A stretch of DNA of 64,000 bases, from positions 87,918,001 to 87,982,000 of the forward strand of contig CM052817.1 in NCBI GenBank assembly GCA_028534125.1, written 5' to 3'. The position numbers and the translations under genes are program-made. The notes under the pieces were generated by a model that was given only the letters and a program-made list of their open reading frames with translations, did no database searches and was not told where the DNA came from. Below are positions 27,365 through 41,330 of the stretch, piece by piece; within the stretch, counting starts at the first letter, position 1; each line of letters starts with the position of its first letter. The DNA comes from Lama glama (lineage: Eukaryota).

Positions 27365-27940
27365 GTTTATTTTATAAACAGTATAATTCACATCAATTAA
27401 GTGTTAGAGCTGGATGGATATTAACCTATGTATACAACCATGAAATCACTGTGCAGATTAAGATATAGATCATTTCTGTCACCTCCTAAAGTTATGTTCC
27501 TTCCCAGTTCATTGCTTTCCCCCTGCTTCCCATCCCATAGAGGCATCTACTGTTTTGATTTATTTCACTCTAGCTGATTTACCTGATTTAGGCATTCATG
27601 TACATGGACTCATACAATATGACTTTTGATCAGCATAGTGGTTTTGACTCATCCATGTAATTGCATATATCAATTATTTGTTTCTCTCTGTTGCTGACTA
27701 GAAATACATTTGTATACATACAAAAATTTTAGCCATTCTCTTGTTGGTGGACAGTTAGTATATTTCCAGTTTTTTAGCATTATGAGAAAAGTTGCTTTAA
27801 ATATTCTAATTCAGTTGTGTATATATACATATGTTTTCAGTTCTCTGAGAAAATACAAAAGAGTGGAAATGCTATGACATTAAAGTTATTAAATTATGCC
27901 ATGCTAACTTTTATCAACAGTGTACAAGAATTCCAATAAG
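27365..27940 (-). mobile_element. Old L1 (L1MB/L1ME-like) 3' end
   Basis: GTATAATTCACAT..AAGTGT; AACCATGAAATCACTGTGCAGATTAAGATATAGATCATTTC; TCATCCATGTAATTGCATATATCAAT; ATTCTCTTGTTGGTGGACA. Confidence 0.75.
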
Positions 27941-28018
27941 AGTATTTTAAAGTTATTTTAGAGAAAAATATTTGACCACTCTAATGCCACATTCTCATTA
28001 TTTGTATAATGGAAGTAA

Positions 28019-28021
<3 letters not shown>

Positions 28022-28059
<38 letters not shown>

Positions 28060-28129
28060 CATATGTTTCTACATGCAAAATTCATCTGTAGAACTGTATA
28101 GGAGAAATTAGTAACAGTTGATGCCTTTG

Positions 28130-28161
<32 letters not shown>
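28022..28161. repeat. (TA)n microsatellite split by a 74-bp copy of 27069-27142
   Basis: (TA)~17 at 28022-28056, unique insert at 28058-28131, (AT)~14 at 28133-28161. Confidence 0.95.
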
Positions 28162-28165
<4 letters not shown>

Positions 28166-29749
28166 CTCAAGTAAGTTAAGAATCTTTCCTTTTCTTCTTT
28201 CTTTCCTTCTTTCCTCCTGTCATCTGGGTAAAAATGGGTGACAAAGCATAAGCTTATGTGTCTGATTTGTTTTTTTCTCCTAGGTGAAAACGATTAAGTA
28301 GTATAAAGTAGACAAGCTCTTGGATCTTTAAGAATTACCAGTGAGTTTATTAAACTGATTATTTATAGGCCACTGGGAATCATCGACAAGCTGTAAGCAC
28401 AGAGGCAGTCCAAATAATCCATTTTTGCACTTTCAGATACACTGTTTAAGAATCTAATCACTTAAAGATTTCAATATAACAATCAAATAACATTTGACCT
28501 ATATCTGAATTTATGATTAGAAAATTTTCAAAATTTTTAAGAATAGAGACTGCACATAATTTAGAAATAGTAAGAAGTCTTTTTTTTTTCCTATTAAACA
28601 TAGAATTGTTCTAATAAAACATCATGGAGCTTTTTAAGATCACACTCATTTACACACATTCATCTAAAATTAAGCTGAAGCTATTTCACAGAATTAATAC
28701 AAGGAACATTGCATTATTGATTCTAACTCCTTTTGAATTTAATGCATATTAACCTTTAATAACAGGTATGCAATTAATCAATCTAATGCATGAGTCATTG
28801 GATAAAAAAATCACTGATTTTTTTTTTTTACTTGTATAATCAACCTTATTTTATTTGGATAAAGTTTAGGCTGGTGTTAAAAGTTGAAATAAAAATAGGG
28901 GGATTTTTTCCTTTGATTCCCTGCTCAACATGTACTCATAAAACAGGAACAGATCTGAGACACAAGAAAATCTTCCTAATCAATAAATTGAATTTGGATT
29001 GCATGCTTGTGGCTTTCAAAATCTTTGAAATCCAGATTTTCTTCTTATTTGTCATTGTTTAGAAACAGTTATTGAATTTCTTTACAATACTTTTCTAAAT
29101 GGCTGAAAAAGTTACAAACTGAGTTCTGACATGAAGGACATTGAAGGAAGTTTTTAGGGACAAGGTTCACTATACATCATGTGTCTTGAGGAATCCTTAT
29201 TGTTATAGCAAACTTGCATGAACATATACCCTCAAACATGTTAACTGATTAACAGATATGTGCTGGAAAGAAGAAAGGACAGAAAAAGAGAGGGAGGAAG
29301 AAATGAATAAACTCAGGCTAATTTTTGGATTAAAAATTGTATTTATTTCAATATGAAAACACTGACAAGTTTAAAAAATATATAGGGACTTTTCTTTCCT
29401 TCCAATTTTTGTTATCTTAAGAATCTTTTGCATGTAAAATATATTTCTTATAAATCAAGTTAACTATAAAACCTAAAATCAAAAGTACTGGTACCCTTTC
29501 TATAAGATTAGAGTTAGGAAGCCTTTCAACGCTACACATTTAGATACCATAAAGAATGAGATCAAAATTTGTCCATAAACTGCTGACCTTATGCTTTAAA
29601 AAATCATTTAAAAATCAAGAAAATTTAAATTTATATAATGAAAATAAAGTTAATTTCAGAGAAAAATGAATTAAATTAACCCTAACCATAGAAATTAAAT
29701 TTTTAAAACTGCAAAGTAGAATAATAATGAAATATCATATAAGGTTTTC

Positions 29750-30000
29750 AAGAGTTAGGAATTCAGGGATCACTTTAACTGCTAATGGGAGTGTAAATTG
29801 ATACACTCTTGACAGGCAACTTGCTGATATCTATCCCAGTTTTAACGGACATGTCTTTTGATTCAAGAAGGCCATACATATGCCAAAAGTCTATTTTCAC
29901 CATAAGATTATTAGTATATGCAAAAAACTAGAAATACCAAAATCCCTATCTATAAAGCCTAGTTAAATAAACATACCAAAAACACATAAATGAATAGTTT
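29750..30000 (+). mobile_element. Old L1 ORF2/3' fragment
   Basis: ACTGCTAATGGGAGTGTAAATTGATACACTCTTGACAGGCAACTTG; GCAAAAAACTAGAAATACCAAAAT. Confidence 0.6.
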
Positions 30001-31979
30001 GTTTTTTAAATAGTATTTGTTTTTACTTTTAAAATTTCTTTACTGTAGACATATGCTAAAAATTGTATAATTTTTAAAAATCTGCATGAACCTTGTTGAA
30101 ATATTTTATTCCTTTTCTCAAATAATTTCAATTGATTAATGTAGTTGAACAAATATTTCTCAAAATTAAATGATATGGATGACATGTCTTAAGAGTTCAT
30201 GTCATTCCATAACTTCATGATATATATTTAATATCTGTCAATAACATTTGCATGGTTCTACTTTGCAGATTTATTTTCCTTCATAATGATTTTGAAAATA
30301 TGAGTATAGTTAGATGATAATCAGTTTTCATTGCAAAGAATATCAACTCTGTATAATTAAAAAGAATAAAATATACAAGCATTTCATATAAATTTTCTCT
30401 TTATAATTTGAAGTATTAGATTTTATGAAGCCTTAATTACCACATTTTCCAATTGCATTACTAAATATATGTTAAAATATCTATTGTTTAGAAAGTGTAA
30501 ATGTTTTAAAATTCGCCATATATTTAACTCATTCAAATACATACTATGATAATATATTTGAATAAACAACTTAAAACAATCTTAGTGCCTGATTTGTAAT
30601 TTTAAAAGTGTGTCCTTACTATATACAAGCCTCTTTTCTTATATGTTTTAAATGTATAAACAAATAAAATGCAGTTTTATTGTTTCCAAAACTTTGTTTT
30701 AGATTTAGATGTCACAACTTTGTGTGAAATTGTCATTGAATTGGACATAGTTTAGATCCAAAGACATAATGAAACTGGAAGTGTAAGATAAGCCTTTATT
30801 AGTATATTGTTATGGAAGAATTTAGATTCTGATTTGTATCTGCATGTATAATAAAAAAAGTTGTGCCAATTACTGACTTAATTTGGGAACCAAACATTTT
30901 TTAGCTTAAATAATTTGAATTTTCCAGGCAAAAGCTTTCTTTGCATTTAATCAATTATCTTTATAAATAAATGTTCACCTATGTACTGCTAGCTTTAAAA
31001 GAGTAAACAAAATCATTGAAAATATTTCTATTTAAACATTGATAACATCTTTCACATTACATATTTTTCATATCTATGTAATGGGATAAATCTGGTTTGC
31101 AGAAGAACAGAAAGCTTCATGGAGGTAGCATATTTTAATGGAATAATTCAACCTTATGAACATTTAGTTCCACAATTCCTAAAGACACTGAGTAGGGTGG
31201 CATAAAGATGTTACCTAAAGTTACCTGTTAGTATTCATCAAAACTGCTTCATTGGTATTCCCCCATAGCCTCTTTTTTTTTTTTCCTATGGCAGGTACTT
31301 TGAATTATGAGAAAAAGTGCTTATGATATTTACCCCCCTTCTAAGTAATAAAAAAAAAAAGAGTCACAGAAAAACAAACTCTTAACATCTCTCTTCCTCA
31401 GCTGCTTTCCCTGTCTTTGGTAAGACAGATACATAGCTTTCTATACTTCTCAGAAAGACTTTTGGAAATTTCACATGAATAACCACAGTCCTGTCACAAT
31501 TTATGGTTTATTTTTAGTAGAAGATTACGATTCAAACCAGTACTACTGAACAATAGCTAGAAATGAAGACCACATTAAGATTTTGAAACAGTACATCATT
31601 TAGAAATCTATCACACAAGATATAATACCCAACAAACAAATATATAAATTAATTTTGACAAGTGGAAATTCTTAAACTGGAATAGATTATCTATCCCATT
31701 TTGGTAGCAAACATTGCTTTAACTAGACAAAAGGTTGCAGAGAATATGTTATCATGTCTCATGCTGAAATTCTTATTCTTTCTCATGGAATTGGGTGTTT
31801 TCAATTTCTAGCTATACTACTATCACAGCGGTCTAACCTGAAAGCCTTTCAAAGGAGTGGCTCACATGAATAATGATATTTATAGCTTCTACTATGGTAC
31901 TTATACTTTCCAAGTGAGAAATACAAACTTTTCCATCTGTGAATAGAATTTCTTTAGCCAAAAACTAGTAACAGCAATT

Positions 31980-32300
31980 TTACTTGGTAACCTGGAACAT
32001 TGTTTTCCTTTCACTGGCCTCTGACTGTAACAGAGACATTCATGGCCGACCTGGTGCAGACAGATCTCCATTGCCATCTAAAGACAATCGCAGGCTCTCC
32101 TGGATGTCAAAGCCTAGCTTTAATAACTGGTGCTTATGTAATCCAGACAAATGCAGCTCTTTAAATGATTGGCAGCTTAGAGTCTGCCAGATCTGCCAGC
32201 TGTTATCTTTCAAATGAGAGTGGAAGCTAACAGCTTAGTACTGTGTGGCTACAGCAGAGCATGAAGGCCATAAATATACCTCTGTAAATGGGTACAAAAT
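31980..32300. promoter_or_regulatory. Candidate conserved non-coding element / enhancer
   Basis: Complex, GC-richer, non-repeat-like island in a TE-poor interval. Clustered motifs: TGATTGGCAG (32166-32175), CAGCTG, ACAAT/ATTGTT, CCATAAA. Conservation not verified. Confidence 0.4.
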
Positions 32301-35300
32301 GTCTGCTTCTTTCAGTTTTATGTGGGAAACCAATTTTACATTATTCATCTGTTTTTATACTTTTCAAAAATGTGGTTAGCTAATTTGGTTTAATATCTGT
32401 AAATCTCCAGGCATGTATTTTTCCAGTAACTTGCATCTAGAGTGCAACTTACCCTTTTTTCCCTTCCAACAGATAAAGTTTGGTGCAATTGAGAAAGGAA
32501 ATGTGGGAGAGTGAAAGAGTCAGCCTCTGGTCCTGTTTTCACATTTCAGTTCTATTTTATCTATACTTTGTAAACAATTGATGGCATTTTTTAGGCCATA
32601 GTGGTTATTTAATATAATAACTCAGTGTTTCCAAGGATATTAATAAGGTAATTTGCTTTTAATAACACAGCTGCCTTTGGATATTCTCCCTTGGAAACTG
32701 ATTTCATTAGGTGATGTGTTTTCATGTCACCAAAAGATAACTGACAGGTGAATGTGCAGTGTCCTGAGCTACTGCAACTATTTATTAAACTCTTATTTTA
32801 TCTCAGGCAGGATCCAAGTCACTTTATAAATACATATTTTTAAAAAAATATGTACATTCTAAACTCTCACAATAGTTGGTTAAGGTGTGCATTATTTTCC
32901 CATGTGTAAACTCAGTGATATAGGAAGGTAACAATAAATAAGAAACCAGTATTTGACTTCAATGCTGTTTTTTTTTCTTATCATGAAATGTTTTCCTCCC
33001 TATCTAATAACATCAGAGGAGGTATTTATTACATACTCTTTAATACATTTTTCGGAATTGTATCAATCAGACAATGTTAATTGCATGGCATGTATTATGA
33101 TGACACTATGATTGAAGGGAAACTATCGATAACTGTCAAGAAAGTGAGTTTAACATATGTTAAACTAATTTTCATGCATTGGAAATCGAAGTGCTTATGA
33201 AGAGCTGTGGTACTTACTACTGAGTGATTTAATAGGGCTGTTTTAAAAAGTCTGCTGATAAACTTTGAAACATCATTGTCCTTCCTTGTGCGTAGGTATG
33301 TGTGTATTGTGCTTGTCAAAGCTACTAAAGTCTTTAGCAGTCAGATGAATGGAATGAAGTGAGAACGGCAGATGTTAGGAGACTTTGTACATAAATAAGT
33401 GCATTAATTTGATACAGTGTAGGGTAAAATTATGGGAAGACCATTTTAGGATTTTTCTAGGCAACACCAAAGAGGTATAACTTGTTTAACCAGAATGCAT
33501 GTTCAAGGGCAGAAAACAAAACCATTTGTCCAGGCAAGAGACTGCTACTTATAGCTTATAGTTACAAGGGCTGGAACTGCACATCTCCATTTCTGGACAT
33601 TATCCCAAGGACTAGCGTGTGCAGTAAGGCAGCACTGCCCCTATAGGGGAATCAGCAGTAGCTGAAATCAAGAGGACTGGGTTTCCAGTATGCGAGGTGG
33701 TAGTAAGGCACAAAGCCAGCAGGTTTCAGCTGTGTAGGAGACCTCTCATTACAATATACTCTAGTTTTACAGAGGAAACTACAAGTCTGTGAGCTCCTTT
33801 TCTTTTTAAAATTCCCATTAAAATATATTGATTAACTTTTAGCTAATTTTGTTTTATTTTCATTAAAGAAATTTCTGTCATCTACCTTGTGATAACTCAA
33901 TGCTTTTTACTGTAAATGTCTTACTCTTACTTATCTTTAGAAGTTAATATTTTTGGAAGATTCAAACTAATTTCCTGTAATCCACACTGACAAGAAGGCA
34001 AACATCACAGGAGGAACTAAATTGCATTTTCCTGTTAAATTCTTCTCTCAAGTCTCAGCATCATCTCAGATTTAGGCCTGGCTGTACATCCAAAATGGAG
34101 AGAACCACTACTGAACACCTCACTTCACAGAGTCTGTTGGTGGAATAGGAATCCAGTGTCTGCTGCAGACACAGTTGTGTCAGGTTGTGTCATGGGCCCA
34201 CCCAGGCTCCACTTTTAAAGTCCCTTAGTAAGGGAAAATTACTCCCTCGCCTTTGAACACAGACATACTTTTCAAAATCCCTCTCTCCTCACATCTTCTG
34301 TTGACTGATTTTTGTTGTCCTCCCCAGACTATTAAAGTCCTATTAATTTATATCTGTTTTCATGCAAAATTTAAAATGCCTCATTTAACCACCTTTAATT
34401 GAACTATACAAATTATATACTGAATTCATCAATCATTCCAAACCCAAGTCATCATTTCCAACATTGCCGCCCTTTAAGTGACTTCTGTTACTTGGGCTCC
34501 TCCTGGCACACACACCTGGTTGCACCAGGCCATGTGATCTCTGTGGGGACTTTCTTCCTGCTGAGCTCTGTGTTTGCACAGTGCTGAGATAAGTTTCCTG
34601 AGCATACAGAACAGAAAGGGAAAAGTTATATTTAAAGAAACTGTCATATAACATCATCAAAGAGTTAATTTTAAATGGTTATAAATTAAATGGGCTAATT
34701 TTTGCATGCACAATTCAGTGACTTTTGATATGAATTTGGTGTGATTCCCTAAGAGCAACAAGTGCCTCCAAATTAATCATTCCCCGAACAAAGTGTATTT
34801 AATACATTTCATAGGGGAACAAAATTTTATTTGTGTAATAAACAGAAACAATGGGTTTTTCGAAAGGATATTCTTCTCGATATAGCTTAATAAAGAGGTG
34901 ATCAAATTTTGTGTTCTGAGTTCTCATTATGACATAATTCAAATTTAACAGTCTGAAGAAAGAAATATTTTAATACAGAGTTACAAGAGTTACATGTCAC
35001 TCCCCATATATATGGAGAGTGTATACTTCTCCATATGAAACATTATAAACATTTCTTATAATGATTTTATCCTGATTTTAACAACTAGATTCAGGACTAA
35101 ATGTTCTGTGAAGAGAACATAATAATCTTGTATACACAGTACTAGTAACGTTGACTATAGAGCTAAGTATGTAGTAGTCCCTAGTGGACATATTTTAGGA
35201 TAAAAATGATCTATGTGAAGCAAGAAAAACTGATCTTTAATAAATTTTCCTCAACTATTAAATATCTCATATGGCATTCTGACAATAACTGAATGTCAGA

Positions 35301-35414
35301 CACAGATTAAGACATTTGAGAGCAGATATTATTTGTTAATGCTATGAGTCCAAGTATATAAATAACCTTAATAAATAAGTAACCTTAGTAAAAGTACATC
35401 ACCACATATTTTAA

Positions 35415-38400
35415 ATAAACTTTAATTTTTGGAATTTTTAGAATATTTTTGAGATGTATAGAAAAATTGCAAGATATTACAACCAGTTCTCATTTACCCT
35501 GCACCAAATTTCCTCTATTATTAAAATCTTATATTGGTATGGTACATTTGTCATAATAATGAATTAACTGATTCATTCTCATTGACAAATCTATACGTTA
35601 GTCCTAGTTCCTTAGATTTTATTGAATGTCATTTTCTGTTAGAGCATCCTATGCAGAATACAGCATGACATTTAGTTGTCAGATCTCTGAAGTCTTATCT
35701 GTGATGGTTTCTCAGACTTTCCTGGTTTTTAATGACCCTGACATTTTTGAGAGTAGGTATTTTATATAATGCTCCTCAATTGGGATTTGTCTAATGTTTT
35801 TTTTTTTCATGAGTACCCTGGGGTTGTGAATTTTGGGGAGGAAGGTCACAGAGGAAGCGTGACATTTTCTTAACTCATATCAAGGGTACGTGCTATCAAC
35901 AAGATTTATCACTGTTGATGAACCTTGGTCACCTGGCTGAAGCAGTTTGTCGGGTTTCTCCAATGTGAAATTACTCTTTATTCTTTTCCTTCTTCCAAAA
36001 TATACTCTTTCCAAGGAAGTCACTACAGGCAGTCCACACATATGGAGTGGGGAGGTCTGTGCTCCCTCCCTGAGGGCACAGTATCCACATATGTATTTGG
36101 AATTCTGTTGCAGTAGAGATTTATCTCTATCCTTCCGTTATTCATTTATTTAACTGTTTATTTATATCAGGGTGGAATCAGGCATGGGTTATAATTCAGT
36201 TCAGCTTTATTGATTTAGTTGATCAAATTGTTTCCCTGCTTTGGCTGTTGCAAGCTCTTTCTGTGGAATTCTCTGTTGAATTCCATATAACTTTTACAAA
36301 CCTCCATCACTTGTGTGTAGGGTTTTTTGCCTTTTAATTTATTTTCTTCTTTTTTGAGCTTTTCCTCATTTTCTGGCATGATAAGGAGCTCCAGGCTCAT
36401 CTTACATATCTCCTGCCCTATCCTAAGATTAGTCATTTCTTCAAGGTGCCCTGTTTTTTTTTTACTATAGAGTGGAATCAGAAGCCAAGGTTCAGGTGCT
36501 AGGGGTGCTTATTACAATGAGCATGTCATTGTTTCTAGGCCCTCTCAACAGACAGAACAAGGAAATACATGTGTGAATACTAACCCACGTGTACATATAA
36601 ATCCATAAATATTTCTCTAAGTATACATCTCAACTTATAATAGGTTAACATGAATTCATACCGAGATCTTTAACTGTCTTTGATTACTGTATGGGATATT
36701 CTGGCTTCCTCTTGCTTCTCTGTAAGCTCTCACTGAAATAGTGGAAAAACGTGGCTTTCACCGTCTGTCATTCCATTTACTCATTTTTCAACATATATAG
36801 CAATATCAGAATTCTTCATCCCTAACCTTATGTGGCACGCCATTATCAGCTGGAGTACAGTGCTGACGTGAAGTTTCTTTTGTCTTTAAATTTACTTATG
36901 CTGTTCATTTCCAAAGTGCATTTGGTCAACCCGTTTTCCCCTGTTCCCTTCGGCGTGGTTATTTCAGACACTTTTAACACAGTTATGTGTTTTGCCCTAT
37001 TCTACATTCCTTCCTGGGATCCTTCAGCCTCCTAAATTATTTTTTTAATTTGCATACATTAAGGTTTGTACTGTAAGATACTACTCATTTTGACCAAAGG
37101 ACAATGTCATGTACCCACAAATATAATAACATAACATAACAGGGATAGTTACCACTTTTAAAACATCCCCTGTGTTTCACCCATTCAGACTTACTCTGAC
37201 AATGAGAAATCCCTGGGAACTATCAGTCTCTTTACTGTCTCCACAGTTTGGACATTTTCAGGTTATTATATAAGACGAACTATATAATTTGTAGTCTTTT
37301 TAATTTGGCTTCTTTCACTTAGCAATATGCATGTACAGTTGATCCACAACTTTTTGTAGCTTAATAACTCATTTTTATTTCTCAATAATATTCCATTTTA
37401 TTGTTTATCCATTTATCTATTAATACTTATTGGTGGCTTCCTTTTTTAATAATTATGAATACAGCTGCTATAAATATTCATGTGTAGATGTAACATTTCA
37501 AATCAGTCGGCTAAATATCTAGGATCATAATTGCAAGATCATATGGCAAGACTACGTTTAGCTTTCTAAGAAACTGCCAAATTGTCTTCCAAAGTCTTGC
37601 ATTTTGTATTTCCTCTAGCAGTAAATTAGAGTTCCTGTTGGCCTGCGTCCTTGCCAGAAATCGGTAATATCAATATTTTTTTAAAATTTTAGACATTGTA
37701 ATAGTTATATAGCTGTGTTTCATTGTTGTTTGAATTAAAAATTCCCTAATAACTTATGATGTGGAGCAACTTTCATACTTCATTTTCCCTCTGTTTATAT
37801 TCTTTGGTGATGTCCCTAAAGTACTCTTTTGCTTATTTTGAATTTGGTTGCTTATTTTCTTATTGTTGAGGTATAAAATTTCTCTGCATATTTTGATTCT
37901 AAGACCTTTATCAAAAATGTCTTTAGAAAATACATTCTCCCAGTCTGTGGCTTGACTTTTGATCCTAATAACTGTGTCTTTCAGAGAACATAAATTTGTA
38001 ATTTTAATGAAATCCAACTTTCCAATTTTTTTTTATATGAATGTCACTTTTCAGTTTGTATCTAAAAATTCATCATCAAAGTCACGGTCATCTAGATTGT
38101 CTCCTTTGTTTTCTACTAAGAAATTTTTTTTTTACCTTTTAATCTTAGATCAATGATCAATTTTTGAGATAATTTTATGAAAGGTATAAAATTTGTACCT
38201 TAGTTTATTCTGTGTTTTGAATATTAATGTCCAATTCCTCTGGTAGCATTTGTTGAAAAGACTGTCCTTTATTGAATTGCCTGTGCTCCTTTGTCAAAGA
38301 TCAGCTGTCTATATTTGTGTTGTGTTTATGAGCTTTTTTTTCTGTTCCATGGATCAGTGTTTCAATTGTTTCTCCAAACCAGCTGTCTTGAGTAATGTAG

Positions 38401-41330
38401 CTTTATACAAGTTCTTAAAACTGATAATGCAAGTCCTTTAATTTTTTTCACCTTTAGTATTTTGTTGGCTATTCTGGGTCCCTAGCCTTTCCATATAAAC
38501 TTCACAATCAGCTTGTCAATATCCACAAATAAAAATGTGTTGTGATTTTGACTGAGATGGTGCTGAACCTATAGATCAGTTGGGAAAAACCGACACATAA
38601 CAATACCAAGTCTTCCAAACCATAAGCATGAAATATCTCACCAGTTCTTTACACCTTCTTTTTCTCTTTCACTAGAATTTTGTAAATTTGTGTATTTTGA
38701 TTCTGTACATATTTTGTTAGATTTCCTCCTATGTAATTCATTGTTCTTGGTACTATTGTTATTGGTATTTTAGAATTTCAGATTCCAGTGGTTCATTGCT
38801 TGAATATAGGGAAGCGATTAAATTTTGAATATTAACCTTACATCTAACAACTTTACAATACCTTTTTACTAGTTCCAAGAAATTTTTTCGTCAGTTCTTT
38901 GGGATTTTTTTATATTATTTATGAAGAGAGACAGTTTTATTTATTTCTAATCTCTATACAATTTATTTACTTTTCTTGTGTAAATAGACTAACTAGGTCT
39001 TCCACTAAAATGTTGAATAGGAGTGGTGAGAGACATGATATCTTTGTATTGTTTCTGATCTTAGGGATGAAGCATCTGGTTTCTCACCATTACGTTAGAT
39101 ATTAGCTGTAGGGTTGTAGATGTATTATTTCAAATGCATGGAATTCTCTCCTACTTCTAGTTTTCTGAGTTTTGTAAAATCATCAATGGGTGATATTTAT
39201 TTTTTATATTATTGATCCAGTGGATTATATTGCTTGATTATTGTCACTATAGTGTTGAACTGGCCTTGTATAAGTGGAATAAATTCCACCTGGTCATGGT
39301 GTATAATTCTTTTAATCTAGTGTTGAATTCAGTTTCGCTAATTATTGTCTGAAGAATGTTTGCATCTATTTTCATGAAATACTGGTTTTCAATGAGGCTT
39401 TCTTGTAATGTCTTTATCTTATTTTGACATGAGAGTAATGCTGATGTCAGAATGAATTAGGAAGGGCTCACTTTGGTTTTATTTGTTGGAAAATGTTGTG
39501 AGGAATTAGTCGTCACATCTTCCTTAAATGTTTGGTAGAATTCACCAGTAAAAATATTTGAGTTTAATGCTTTCTTTTTTTGTAAGGCTATTAATTGTTG
39601 GTTCAATCTCTTGAGCAGATACAGCTCTATTGAGATTATCTATTTTGCCTTGTGTGTGTTTTGGTTGATTTTGTCTTTGAGGGAATTGGTCTGTCTCATC
39701 TGAGTTAGCATATTTGTGAACATTAAGTTATTAATAGTATTCTTTATCAATTCTTTAATGTCCATGAGATCATTAGTAATAACTACTTTCATTTTGATAT
39801 TAATTTGTAATTTCTTTCTTGATTTCATTGGATAGCATGACTAGAGGTTTATCAGTTTTATTGATATTTTCAAAGGATTAGCTTTTACTTTCATTCATTT
39901 TATATTGATTTCCTGATTTCAAATTCATTGATTTCTACTCTTTTTTATTATTTATTTTCCTCTATTTAAGGTGGTCTTCTTTCCAAAATTTCCTAAGGCA
40001 GAGGCTTTGATTATTGATTTTAGATCTTTCTACTTTTCTAATATATGCATTTAGTTCTAAAGCCTTAGGACTAATTTCTTATAAAGTTTGATTTTTTATG
40101 TTTTATATTTTAAAATAATTTTTAAAAATTTACTTGAGATTTCTTCTTTGACTCATGTATTATTTAGAAGTGTGTTATTTAATCTCTGAATGTATGGGAT
40201 TTCCATCTTTCTGTTATTAATTTATAATTTAATTCCATGTAGTAAAAGCATACTTTGTTTTCTATTCTTTTAATATTTTAAGGTATATTTTATAGCTCAG
40301 AATGTGTTTCCTTAGTGAATATTGCATATGAACTTGAGAAAAATGTGTATTCTCCTGTTCTTGGGCGGAGTATTCTATAATTGTCAATTAAAGTATCTTG
40401 ATTGATTGTGCTATTTACGTCAACTATATCTTTTCTGATTTTTTGCCTGCTTGATCTATGAATTACTAAAAGAGGGAAGCTAAGGCATCCAACTATAATA
40501 GTAGGTTCGTCTACTTCTCTTTGCAGTTCTTTCAGTTTTGCCTCATGTACTTCGATTCTGTACTCTCAGATAGATGCATATTTAAGATTGTTATATCTTT
40601 TTGGAGAATTGACAAATTGACCCATTTATCATTATGCAACACTCCTCTTAATCTCCCATCATTTTTCTTGTTCTCAAATTTGTTTCATCTGAAATTATTA
40701 TAACAACTTCAGCTTTCATTTGATTAGTGTTAGCATGATAATATTTTGCCATTCCTTTACTTTTAACCAATGTGTTTATTTTACACTTAAAGTGGATTTC
40801 TAATTAAGATATAATTGGACCTTTTTAATCCACTCTGACAATCTCTGTCTTTAATTAGTATACTTATACATTCATGTATGGGGATTATTGATATAGTTGA
40901 ATTAGCTTCTAACATGTTACTATTTTTTTCCCTGCATTTGTTTTATGTTTCTGACATCTCTTCCTTAAATTGAGCCTTTTATATGATTCTTTCTTAGCAT
41001 ATCAGTATCCTTCTTTTTAAACATTTAGGTGGGTGCTCTCGGGTCTACAATACACATTTTGCTAACATAGGTTAATCTTCAAATAATGCTATACTGCTTC
41101 ACAGTTGGTTCATGTACTTTATAATAAAGTATTCCCAGTTTCCTTGCCTAAGTCTTTATGATTTTGATGTTATTTGTTTCACTGATACATATTATAAATT
41201 CTAAACCATTGTCACTATTTCTTTAATCAAAGAATTATCTTTTGATCAATTAAGAATAAAAAATAAAATGTTATTTTACCTATATTCATTCTCTCATGTT
41301 CTTTATGTAAATCTATTTTTTCTTCTGAAG
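35415..41330 (-). mobile_element. Long (~5.9 kb) ancient L1, L1MC-like, from 3'UTR through ORF2
   Basis: L1MC-type 3'UTR text (GGTATGGTACATTTGTCA; GGTTTCTCAGACTTTCCTGGTTTTTAATGACC; CAATTGGGATTTGTCTAATG; CCTTGGTCACCTGGCTGA). Antisense ORF2 remnants, e.g. ORF 37754..38017 MDFIKITNLCSLKDTVIRIKSQATDWENVF; TGGTAGAATTCACCAGT; CCAACTATAATAGT (IIVG). Confidence 0.9.

Noticed and set aside
30703..30782. Exon-like segment TTGTTTTAG|...|GTAAGA
   Set aside because: All three frames contain stops. It could only be non-coding, and nothing else supports it.
33097..33260. Box C (ATGATGA) ... box D (CTGA) arrangement suggesting a C/D snoRNA
   Set aside because: No terminal stem, spacing is long, and I see no recognisable rRNA-antisense guide.
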